A DNA stretch of 64,000 nucleotides from Paraspadella gotoi (taxonomy: Eukaryota > Animalia > Chaetognatha), in assembly GCA_051294375.1 (NCBI GenBank), contig CM119264.1, positions 25,661,662 through 25,725,661 on the forward strand, in the 5' to 3' direction. Below, in pieces: positions 10,981 to 22,590 of the stretch; within the stretch, counting starts at the first letter, position 1, and every line of letters starts with the position of its first letter. The position numbers and the translations under genes are program-made. The notes beneath the pieces were generated by a model, which did not search any database, had not been told where the DNA came from, and saw only the letters and a program-made list of their open reading frames with translations.

Positions 10981-13900
10981 CTTGTTTTAGAGAGCCGAGT
11001 AGAGACGAAGAGAGACAGAAAGAAGAAAGACAAAGAAGAAAAAAAACAATTTTAATTGAGCAGATACCCGGGCAGATAGATGAATGCTTAACTCGCACCG
11101 TTCCAAATCACCTTTCTCGCGTGCTGAGGCGAAATTTGCAAATCTAAGCTTTACATGTTTTGTATGGTTTATAATTCTTCCCGGCCTGAAGTGGCAGAAA
11201 CACTTCCATCAAAGACTGTGTAGGCTGTGGAGGTGAACAGTTTTCGTGAGACCGATGTTTAGGGTGAGACGTCAGGGACAGGCAGAATTCAAGCGAAAGA
11301 AAGAGAGAGAGAAAAAAGAAAAGGAAAATTTACAAAAGAAAAAAGAGAAAGACATGAGATAATAAATATAGAAATATAATAATAAGAAAGGTAATAAAGA
11401 AAGTAATTATTTTTGGAAATAAAAATACAATAAAGATGTTGGTACGCAAATAGGAAAAAGAATAAAGCTAAGCAAGTGAGCAGTCCACCGGCGCCAAGAA
11501 GAAAAGAGAATTAGAAGAAAAAATCTGATTTAAAGAGGGCGAATATGGAATGATAAAATGGGAATGATTCGAACGAAAAGACGAGGATGAGGCAGAAAAT
11601 GATTAAGGATAATGAATGTGAATTTGAAATCTTCTTCTCCAATTGTGGATGGATAGATGTAGGATGGATGCTTGGAACAACGAAAAAAATTTTTGTTCCT
11701 TAATCGTCGAGAATAATTATTTAGTGTGTTCTTTGCCTTCCAGGACCGAATGTTATAAGTTGAACTGTAAAACTTTCTGGTTGGTGGTGATACTGAAACG
11801 GAGAGAGAGAGAGAGAGGTTGAGAGAGAGAGTGGAGTTGAGTGGTGGTGTTAGATGGAGAGACGAGAGAGAGAGAGAGTAGATGTCTTCATCAAACAAAA
11901 TTGCGAAGTTCCGAGTTGGATCAATCTCCTCTGTCATGTGGCGTTCATTAGCCAAGAAATTCATTGCAGACGAAGCGTGAGCCGCATATGAGGTTTTGGG
12001 TTTGAAATGGGTCCATAGCCACCACTCACATAGTCAATTAGCAATTAATTTGATTTTTTATTGAAAAAGAAACAGAGTTATATACGGTCTGAGCGCAGTT
12101 TCTATACAGCGAGTTGCGCCACTTGTTTTTTGTGTTGCTTTTTTACTGGTCTCATAGTGTTTTAGATAGGATTTTGTTTGTTTGTTGTGCTTTGTTTATG
12201 AAGTCACCTTTTCGGTGGTCTGTGGTTCCAACGGTCTAAATCCTAGCCGTTATGATGAAAAATGCAGTGAGTAATTTGCTTTATAGGTGTGGTTGCTGCA
12301 TTTGTTACGCGACAGAAGAAAAACCATTCATGTCTGCAGGAGCATGATTAGCGAGTGCCGCCTCAAGATTTCGCTAAAACTCATGAAGCAGCTACATGTA
12401 AAAGATGGAATTTTAGCTGTCAGTGCTTGTTCATTAATACACGGGCAGAAAGGAAAGTTTTTAGGTCACGTCACATATCATGTCATATATAGATAATCAT
12501 ATGATCCAAAGGGAAATTAGTCGTGAAAACTCAAGTCACTGGCGGCGTCAGCGAGCATGTGGAGATTACATGTTCTTGTTTAAATTTGGTGTGCAGTTTA
12601 ACAAATATCAATGAATTACAGGGAAGTCATGGTGTGCTAGGGTTTTCAAAAATTTTGAATTAAATTTTGGCGTATTATTGTTGATATTAAAGCTTCTGTT
12701 ACGCAAATCGGATGTACAAATAATATATATCACGCCGTGGCAAATCAAATCTTTCTTCTTCTTTTCACCCACGATGCTCTTTATTCTCTATGTTTACTAA
12801 TCGCAAGGAAATTCTATTTGATTCCGGCGATCGACAGCGGAACATCCTTTGGTTTCTAAATTGGTCATCATAAGTATATAATACTCTAAGTAGCAGATAT
12901 GTAGTTCAGGCTTCCGGAGTGGCGTACGCCATGGGCTGTTTCTGATTGGTTCGCCGGCCGTTTCTTTAGATCTCTCAAGCATTGATATTTCTACGCGATG
13001 TGGGACCCTCTCAGCGTTTTGGTCAGTCTGGGCAGATGGGCCGTTTTGTACTACTTTTTAAAAGATAATAAATCGCTTATTCTACAAGATCATCTTGTCG
13101 GAAACTTCTTTTTAAATAAGAAACTAGTCAGTTCGAGCTGGAGTTGGTGGACTAATCACCTTGGTGATAGGGCCCACCAATTACTACAAATTTCGCGTCA
13201 TTCACAGGAAACAAGTAAGATGGATTTCTCTTACCTTTATTAATACACGTAGTATTTGCTGAGTGTTTGATTAAATTTTTCTGGTTAAGTTTTAGAAGAG
13301 AGCGCCGTTGGGCCCCAGAGAGCTTCTTAACTCTAACTCTCTCCTAGCTCAGATACCAACTGAAAGAAGTGCGTGGCTTAGGACTTTGTCGTGCAGGATC
13401 ATCTTGTGGAGCCGTCAAGACTCGGCGCCATCGTTCTCTCCGGCGCCATTCTATAACTCGATTCCTCTCGTTTTGATAGCGCAGGATCAGCGTCAGCCGA
13501 GTTAGTTGTCACACCGACACCACTCGTACGAAGCATAGTTCAATAATTAGAAGTCTTCGGTTTCGGGATCGTTCTGTTCAGTCACCGCGTTTCGTTGCGA
13601 AGAGTCTCTCTTGAAGCACCCTGACGGTTTGCAGCGGAACTCCGTTGAGAAGGAAGTTTCCCCGCCTGCGGTCGGCGCTCTGGGTGCTGAGCGAATTCGA
13701 CGATTCCAAAGCATCGAAAGGAAAACTGTTGGCAAAGACTTTCGACGGACGTAAGGATGCCGGCGGGCGGCCTTCGCCGCGTCTGCGTTTCACTTGATCG
13801 CATTAGGGATCCTCGCAACTCAGGCGACGGACGCGTCGGGCGGTAATTTTGGAGGCACGAATCTGTGGTATGCTGTCCGAGCGGAGTTGTGGGCATCGCC

Positions 13901-15526
13901 CTGGCTGCCGACCTTCTCTGCGAGACCGTAAGCAGAGTGAGGAGTCTGAAGTTGTCGGCTTATTCGAATTCGTTTTGATAGTTTGCTCTGCAATCCTGTT
14001 CGCGTCTTCGCTGCGTGAAGCAGAGACTCTCGCGGAAGCTGTTCCAAGCGAGTTTCAAACGCCGAGTTTGGGTCAGCCTGTCGGCAAGTTGAATAGGATC
14101 GGGAGTTGGAAATAAGAGGCGCGCGCAAGAGATTAAATTTGCGGTCGTGGGAGCCTCGAGTGCGCGAAATTCTTGTGATCGGAAATTCCCCTTTCGGGCG
14201 TTTTTTTGTGGGACTGTTCGTCGTTCGTTTGTAAAGACGAAATGTTTAAGAGTTTTGGGCGGCTAGTGGCGACGGTAACGAGAAAAATTATGCGATAAGG
14301 CTTTCGCGCAACGCCCGGAAGCAGTATCCCCTCTCGCAGAAATTTCTACGAGATGTATCTGGCTTTACTCGGCCTTTTCAAAGCGAGCATGGCTTCAGTC
14401 CCTTGAAGAGCCGTACGCCCTTGACATAGGAATCGCCACATCTTCGCTGGGCGTAAGATGTCCTTTCACTGTCGATGAAGTGGTCGAGGGGCCTCATGCG
14501 ATATTCTCCGTCCGTAGCGATCGCGCCCAAGAACCACTCCGAGGCCGGCGAAGAAAGAGCATTGCCGGTCGGCGGCAACGGCCGACGTTGACGAGTCGGA
14601 GCGGGAAGGATCGACAGTAGTACCGTGGCAGATCTAAACGCGAAAGAATCCGGGCCGCTGATTCGCTTGCGTCAGGAGGAACATGGGAAGGACGTATTGT
14701 GTTCGATGGGAAGTTCTGGTCGGGCGTTGACCTCAAGACGCCGCTCCCAGATATTCTTGGGGTGGCAGGGCGACGTTGTTCTTAAGGCCATTTTGATGCG
14801 CGCGCTTCTCCAATTCGTCGGGACTAACCATCTGTGTCGACGCGAGACTCGAATCGTTGAAAGCATCGGCTTTTCGACAGGACAGTCCCCGGCTCGTTGC
14901 AACGAGGATGAACGACGATGCCTGAGTTGCCTGGATATTCCCCGTCTGAAAGGGGACCGGATTCTCCGGCTGGCAAACCGGTCGGCCGACGGACGGAAGG
15001 CGTGCGGTCCTATGGCAGTGTGATCGATGCCCCGCGGCCGTTCGTCGGCCCCCTCCCACGCTGTGCTCGGCGAAGAAGAAGGACGTCGGATACGCCGGTC
15101 CGTCTTATTTCGCGTGCCCAACATTCCAAGTGTGAGTTCGACGGATAATTTGCCGCACGCCGAGGGGAATAATAAAATCATGCCCGTCCCGCTATCGCTT
15201 GAATCGATCCCGGGCGCGAACGGAACTGTGCTGCGTCTCGGGGAGTTGCGTCCGTCGAAGTCGCTTTCGGGGGCGGAGGGCTTGGCTGGCCCTATGGAGG
15301 ACTGCTGCGGTTAGCTGCGGGGTACAGGACGGACAGAGAAGTTTCATAGTCCTAAGTCTTCGGGACATCGATTGGCCTACTGACGGGCCGAGGCCAACGA
15401 GATCAAACGGCCCGCGGGAGGCTCGGGTAGCCGATGTTTGGACGTCTCTCGTCGCCCTTCGGAGGGAGTGGGGCGCCCGGATTTTAGATGCGAGTTTTTT
15501 GCGTAAGCTCTTGTCGTGGCAGCAAT
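10970..15526 (+). repeat. Direct duplication, copy A (core 12201-15526 appears identical to 18770-22095)
   Basis: Constant 6569-bp offset for all ORFs in the core. Both cores end at ...gtggcagcaat followed by exactly 25 N. The upstream flanks 10970-12200 and 17580-18769 are independent noisy versions of one sequence. Confidence 0.95.
13500..15526 (-). CDS. Putative cadherin-superfamily coding segment (cadherin repeats, TM, cytoplasmic tail), frameshifted by read errors
   Basis: Minus-strand motifs in cadherin order: PFDL..G..RRL(D)YET (tta[g]gactatgaaact, ~15340-15355); VRARD..DSG..G.IYYS(L) (~15162-15221); QTGNIQATQASSFILVAT.RG (~14890-14950); PTG..FLGAIATDGEY (~14500-14570); hydrophobic IIFLVTVAT then basic residues (~14200-14300). 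The block is GC-rich against an AT-rich background. Frames were rebuilt by eye. Confidence 0.45.
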
Positions 15527-15551
15527 NNNNNNNNNNNNNNNNNNNNNNNNN
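15527..15551. other. Assembly gap of exactly 25 N (also 7841-7865, 22096-22120, 29162-29186, 49799-49823)
   Basis: Counted directly. Each such gap abuts a duplicated or noisy segment. Confidence 0.97.
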
Positions 15552-15789
15552 GAGAGAAGAGAGAGAGGAGAGAGGAAGGACAAACACACAACCACACAAG
15601 AACGACAGAAGAAAGAAAAACAGGAAAGAGAGAGACAGACACGACATAGAGAAAAGGCTGCACGCGAGAGAATAAAGAAAATAAGACCAGAGAGAGATAG
15701 AGAGATAACTCTCTCAAGCTTTGAGATAGGCCCGAAGAAAAAAAAGAAGAGAGACGAAGATGATAGAGATCAGAGCAGCAAGGAGAGGA

Positions 15790-17520
15790 AAAGAGGAGAG
15801 GGGGCATAAATAAGAGAGGCAGACAGTCACTTCTGCTCTCTCGTCGCGCGTGTGGAACGATTTCCTCTTTTCTCTTGTCGCGACGAACGGGTGGTCGAAT
15901 ATATTTTTCCTTCTTCTTCTTCTTTCATCTTTTTTCTTTTTTTTTTTTTCTTTTATCTCTCTTTTTTTTTTCTATTTGCTTTTCACAGCCGTTCTCTGTC
16001 CTCATTTTTTTCCTTGGAACGAGGAGCGAGGAGCGAACTGGCTCTGAGTGCTCCGTCGATGCCTCGCCGCTAATTGAAAACCGTTTATGAGGAGAAAAAA
16101 AGTACAATCACTGCTGTCTTTTTTCGAGTTGGGTCCTCGTTGTTGTTGTTGATTGTTGTAATGTGCCTTGGTTTCCAGTTGGGTTTGGTTTTGGTTTTTT
16201 CTTTTTCTTTTCATTTTTTTTCTGTTCTTTTCTTTTTCTTTTCTTCTTTCTCCCATTTTCCTTTCTTCTTTTTCCTTTCTTTTCTCTTTTTCTTTTCCTT
16301 TTCTTTCTTTTCTTTTCTTTCTTTTCTTCTTTCTTTTCTTTTCTTTATTTTTTACCTTTACTGTCTCCCCGTTATAATTTTTTTTTCGAGTGAAATTCTT
16401 CGTCATTATTATATTTGTGATAGTCGAGGATTGCTATATGTTGAAGACGAAGTGTCTCCACTATAAGCATTAGGGTGAAGTTAAACCAATATATATTTAG
16501 GCCCTAATAACTTACTTAATTATTATTTCAATAAAATTTTGTTATTTTTCATAAAAATAGAGTTACGCCGCATATGCGATGCAACTATCATCGGTATAGA
16601 AATAATAATTTTTTTTTTATCGGAAATAAGGTTAGTTCATGCGTGACAAAAAATATATACGTGCTTTTAATTAATAAGTGACTAAGTCATCGGAAAACGC
16701 TCCGTCAAAGAGCAATAAGATCAGTCGGTCAAAAAAAATTTCATTTGCTTTAGGAGATATAAGGGCTTTTTTCTTCTCTATTTTTAAGACGGTCATTGAA
16801 TGGATAAATACCCGCGCCTTATGACCATTGGTAACAGGAATCCATTCCCAATAGTATATAATATATAATATTTATATATAGTATATATAATTATATATAT
16901 ATTATTAATATACACATCGAAAAGAGACTTCATAACTCTTTTTAAATTCAAAACAGGCCAAGCAGTTGATGTTTGCGCCAGTACTGGTTGCCTTTTTCTT
17001 CATTACCGAATATTCTGTCCGCTTTATATTTTTAGAAAAAAAGAAGGTTATTAACAGTAGATAATTTTGTTTTCTGGACTTCTTGCTTTGGTGGTTACCG
17101 AGATTCGTCAAGTGAGTTGTGCAAGATGTAAACAGAAAATCAAGATGTTGTATGGTAAAACGAAAATGTAATGTTCGTCTGATTTTTCTCTCTAAAAAAA
17201 GATTTTTCTTTACAGCTTAAAGGATTCAATTATATTTCAGTTCGGTAATATTCTTTAAGATTAAAAAAAGAATCAAACAAAAAAGGCATGTAATGTTGAA
17301 AACGAAACGATAATTAAAGATAAAGAAAGTGTGAGACAGGAGTAGGGAAAAAGAGGCCAAGAAGAATGAGACCGGGAGGGGGCGTAATCTAATTGTTTAA
17401 AGTCTTACAGGGAGGGAAAAGAGGAAAACATGGAAAAACAAGATTACAGATAAAAGGAAATTAAGATGGATGGAATCTGGTCAATAGAAAAGGGAGAAAA
17501 GAGAATGAGGAGCAATACGA
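15790..17520 (-). repeat. Indel-rich inverted copy of about 7310-9266
   Basis: Reverse-complement anchors: gaggagcgaggagcgaactggctc vs gagccagttcgctcctcgctcctc (9030); ctataagcattagggtgaagtta vs taacttcaccctaatgcttatag; gaatgagaccgggaggggg vs cccctcccggtctcattc (1460). Confidence 0.85.
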
Positions 17521-17558
17521 GGCGAGGCATGAAAGGGAGAAATGAGAAGAGAGAGAGA

Positions 17559-17579
<21 letters not shown>

Positions 17580-17593
<14 letters not shown>

Positions 17594-20500
17594 TTGTGTT
17601 TTTTGTGTGAGTAGAGCTCGAGGATAGAGAGACGAGAGAGAGACGAAGAAGGAGATACGAAAGACCATGAAAAGAAGAAAGAAAGAAAGAAAACATTTTA
17701 TTGCAGATAACCCCGGGGAAGATAAATGCTTAACTCGCACCGTTCCAAATCACCTTTTCTCCTGCTGAGGCAGAATTTCAAATCTAAGCTTCTTTTTTAA
17801 TGGTTTATATTTTCCGCCTGAATGGAGAAACACTTCACAAAGAGGGTGAGGCTGTGAGGGTGAAGCGTGAGACGATGTTTAGGGTGAGACGTGGGAACAG
17901 GCAGAATCAACGAAGAAAGAGAGAGATAGAGAAAAAAAAGAAAAATTAAAAGAAGAAAAAGAGAAAGAAAGATAATAAAAAGAAAAAAATGAAATAAGAA
18001 AAGTAATAAAGAAAGTAATTATTTTGAAATAAAAATAAATAAAGAAAGCGCAAATAGGAAAAGAAAGGAGCAAGCAAGTGAGCAGCCACGCCCAAGAAGA
18101 AAAGAGAGAAGAAGAAAAAAACTGATTTAAAGAGCGAAATGGAATGATAAAATGGGAAATGAAGACAAGACGAATGAGCAGAAAATGATTAAAGGATAAT
18201 GAATGTGAATTTGAAATCTTTTCCTAGCTAATTGTAGGATAGATGTAGGATGGATGCTTGGAGACTAAGAGGAAAAAAAATTTTTGTTCACTTAATCGTC
18301 GAGAATAATTATTTAGTGTGTTCTTGCTTCCAGGACCGAATTTATAAGTCTGAACTGTAAACTTTCTGGTTGGGGTGATACTGAAAGGAGAGAGAAGAGA
18401 GAGAGAGTCTGAAGAGAGTAGTGAGGTGAGTGTTTTTTGTAGATGAGAGAGAGGAGAGAGAGAGAGAGTCTTCATACAAACAATATTCAAGTTCCGAGTT
18501 GGATCAATCTCTCCCGTCAGGTGGTGTTCATTAGCCAAGAAATTCATTGCAGACGAAGCTGAGCCGCATATGAGGTTTTGGTTTAAATGGCGTCCGAAGC
18601 CGACCACTCACAAGTCAATTAGCAAATTAATTGATTTTTTATTGAAAAAAAACAAGTTAATACGGGTCTGAGCCGTTTTTAACGCGAGTTGCCACTTTTC
18701 TTTTTTGTTGTTTTTTCTGGTCGTTCATAGTTTTTAAATAGGATTTTGTTGTTTTTGTTGCTTTGTTTTAAGTCACCTTTTCGGTGGTCTGTGGTTCCAA
18801 CGGTCTAAATCCTAGCCGTTATGATGAAAAATGCAGTGAGTAATTTGCTTTATAGGTGTGGTTGCTGCATTTGTTACGCGACAGAAGAAAAACCATTCAT
18901 GTCTGCAGGAGCATGATTAGCGAGTGCCGCCTCAAGATTTCGCTAAAACTCATGAAGCAGCTACATGTAAAAGATGGAATTTTAGCTGTCAGTGCTTGTT
19001 CATTAATACACGGGCAGAAAGGAAAGTTTTTAGGTCACGTCACATATCATGTCATATATAGATAATCATATGATCCAAAGGGAAATTAGTCGTGAAAACT
19101 CAAGTCACTGGCGGCGTCAGCGAGCATGTGGAGATTACATGTTCTTGTTTAAATTTGGTGTGCAGTTTAACAAATATCAATGAATTACAGGGAAGTCATG
19201 GTGTGCTAGGGTTTTCAAAAATTTTGAATTAAATTTTGGCGTATTATTGTTGATATTAAAGCTTCTGTTACGCAAATCGGATGTACAAATAATATATATC
19301 ACGCCGTGGCAAATCAAATCTTTCTTCTTCTTTTCACCCACGATGCTCTTTATTCTCTATGTTTACTAATCGCAAGGAAATTCTATTTGATTCCGGCGAT
19401 CGACAGCGGAACATCCTTTGGTTTCTAAATTGGTCATCATAAGTATATAATACTCTAAGTAGCAGATATGTAGTTCAGGCTTCCGGAGTGGCGTACGCCA
19501 TGGGCTGTTTCTGATTGGTTCGCCGGCCGTTTCTTTAGATCTCTCAAGCATTGATATTTCTACGCGATGTGGGACCCTCTCAGCGTTTTGGTCAGTCTGG
19601 GCAGATGGGCCGTTTTGTACTACTTTTTAAAAGATAATAAATCGCTTATTCTACAAGATCATCTTGTCGGAAACTTCTTTTTAAATAAGAAACTAGTCAG
19701 TTCGAGCTGGAGTTGGTGGACTAATCACCTTGGTGATAGGGCCCACCAATTACTACAAATTTCGCGTCATTCACAGGAAACAAGTAAGATGGATTTCTCT
19801 TACCTTTATTAATACACGTAGTATTTGCTGAGTGTTTGATTAAATTTTTCTGGTTAAGTTTTAGAAGAGAGCGCCGTTGGGCCCCAGAGAGCTTCTTAAC
19901 TCTAACTCTCTCCTAGCTCAGATACCAACTGAAAGAAGTGCGTGGCTTAGGACTTTGTCGTGCAGGATCATCTTGTGGAGCCGTCAAGACTCGGCGCCAT
20001 CGTTCTCTCCGGCGCCATTCTATAACTCGATTCCTCTCGTTTTGATAGCGCAGGATCAGCGTCAGCCGAGTTAGTTGTCACACCGACACCACTCGTACGA
20101 AGCATAGTTCAATAATTAGAAGTCTTCGGTTTCGGGATCGTTCTGTTCAGTCACCGCGTTTCGTTGCGAAGAGTCTCTCTTGAAGCACCCTGACGGTTTG
20201 CAGCGGAACTCCGTTGAGAAGGAAGTTTCCCCGCCTGCGGTCGGCGCTCTGGGTGCTGAGCGAATTCGACGATTCCAAAGCATCGAAAGGAAAACTGTTG
20301 GCAAAGACTTTCGACGGACGTAAGGATGCCGGCGGGCGGCCTTCGCCGCGTCTGCGTTTCACTTGATCGCATTAGGGATCCTCGCAACTCAGGCGACGGA
20401 CGCGTCGGGCGGTAATTTTGGAGGCACGAATCTGTGGTATGCTGTCCGAGCGGAGTTGTGGGCATCGCCCTGGCTGCCGACCTTCTCTGCGAGACCGTAA

Positions 20501-22095
20501 GCAGAGTGAGGAGTCTGAAGTTGTCGGCTTATTCGAATTCGTTTTGATAGTTTGCTCTGCAATCCTGTTCGCGTCTTCGCTGCGTGAAGCAGAGACTCTC
20601 GCGGAAGCTGTTCCAAGCGAGTTTCAAACGCCGAGTTTGGGTCAGCCTGTCGGCAAGTTGAATAGGATCGGGAGTTGGAAATAAGAGGCGCGCGCAAGAG
20701 ATTAAATTTGCGGTCGTGGGAGCCTCGAGTGCGCGAAATTCTTGTGATCGGAAATTCCCCTTTCGGGCGTTTTTTTGTGGGACTGTTCGTCGTTCGTTTG
20801 TAAAGACGAAATGTTTAAGAGTTTTGGGCGGCTAGTGGCGACGGTAACGAGAAAAATTATGCGATAAGGCTTTCGCGCAACGCCCGGAAGCAGTATCCCC
20901 TCTCGCAGAAATTTCTACGAGATGTATCTGGCTTTACTCGGCCTTTTCAAAGCGAGCATGGCTTCAGTCCCTTGAAGAGCCGTACGCCCTTGACATAGGA
21001 ATCGCCACATCTTCGCTGGGCGTAAGATGTCCTTTCACTGTCGATGAAGTGGTCGAGGGGCCTCATGCGATATTCTCCGTCCGTAGCGATCGCGCCCAAG
21101 AACCACTCCGAGGCCGGCGAAGAAAGAGCATTGCCGGTCGGCGGCAACGGCCGACGTTGACGAGTCGGAGCGGGAAGGATCGACAGTAGTACCGTGGCAG
21201 ATCTAAACGCGAAAGAATCCGGGCCGCTGATTCGCTTGCGTCAGGAGGAACATGGGAAGGACGTATTGTGTTCGATGGGAAGTTCTGGTCGGGCGTTGAC
21301 CTCAAGACGCCGCTCCCAGATATTCTTGGGGTGGCAGGGCGACGTTGTTCTTAAGGCCATTTTGATGCGCGCGCTTCTCCAATTCGTCGGGACTAACCAT
21401 CTGTGTCGACGCGAGACTCGAATCGTTGAAAGCATCGGCTTTTCGACAGGACAGTCCCCGGCTCGTTGCAACGAGGATGAACGACGATGCCTGAGTTGCC
21501 TGGATATTCCCCGTCTGAAAGGGGACCGGATTCTCCGGCTGGCAAACCGGTCGGCCGACGGACGGAAGGCGTGCGGTCCTATGGCAGTGTGATCGATGCC
21601 CCGCGGCCGTTCGTCGGCCCCCTCCCACGCTGTGCTCGGCGAAGAAGAAGGACGTCGGATACGCCGGTCCGTCTTATTTCGCGTGCCCAACATTCCAAGT
21701 GTGAGTTCGACGGATAATTTGCCGCACGCCGAGGGGAATAATAAAATCATGCCCGTCCCGCTATCGCTTGAATCGATCCCGGGCGCGAACGGAACTGTGC
21801 TGCGTCTCGGGGAGTTGCGTCCGTCGAAGTCGCTTTCGGGGGCGGAGGGCTTGGCTGGCCCTATGGAGGACTGCTGCGGTTAGCTGCGGGGTACAGGACG
21901 GACAGAGAAGTTTCATAGTCCTAAGTCTTCGGGACATCGATTGGCCTACTGACGGGCCGAGGCCAACGAGATCAAACGGCCCGCGGGAGGCTCGGGTAGC
22001 CGATGTTTGGACGTCTCTCGTCGCCCTTCGGAGGGAGTGGGGCGCCCGGATTTTAGATGCGAGTTTTTTGCGTAAGCTCTTGTCGTGGCAGCAAT
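17580..22095 (+). repeat. Direct duplication, copy B (core 18770-22095)
   Basis: Partner of 10970-15526, with the same ORF translations at +6569. Confidence 0.95.
20069..22095 (-). CDS. Second copy of the putative cadherin-superfamily coding segment
   Basis: Same sequence as 13500-15526 at +6569, including the same frameshifts. Confidence 0.4.
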
Positions 22096-22120
22096 NNNNN
22101 NNNNNNNNNNNNNNNNNNNN

Positions 22121-22590
22121 TTTTTAGTTGCGCCGCGAGTACTCGGGGAGCAACTCTATAAGTCACTTTTCGGTGGGTCTGTCGGTCCGGCGATCTGTCC
22201 TACTTATGTTAAAAATGCATATAATTTGCTTATAGTTGGTTGCTCATTTGTTACGACAGAAAAAAACCTCAAGTCTAAGGGACTGATAGCGCCGCCTTCA
22301 GGATTTCCTAAAACTATAAGGAATAAAAGATGGAATTTTGCTGCAGTGTTTGTCATTAATACACGTGCAAAGAATGTTTTTTAGTCATGTCATATCATGT
22401 CATATCATATGATATCATATGATCAAGGGAAAATACTCGTAAAGCCAAAGTCACTGCGGCGCAGCACATTGGAATTACAGTTCTTGTTTAAATTGGTGTC
22501 AGTTTTAACAATATCATGATTACGTCGTTTGTAGAGTTTTCAATTTTAAATAAATTTTGGGTATTATTTGTAATTAAAGCTTGTATTTAA
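22121..22590 (+). mobile_element. Interspersed repeat family member (unclassified, non-coding)
   Basis: Matches the reverse complement of 40959-41259 and the noisy copies at about 12201-12700 and 18770-19270. Shared motifs: aagtcacttttcg, gcgccgccttcagga.ttt, ggaattttg.tgcagtg, tcatgtcatatca repeats, aaagtcactgcggc. Confidence 0.7.

Noticed and set aside
12201-22095. Identical 3.3 kb direct repeats as LTRs of a retrotransposon
   Set aside because: No TG..CA ends, PBS, PPT or internal gag-pol. Both copies end at gaps, and the spacer is an inverted copy of upstream sequence.
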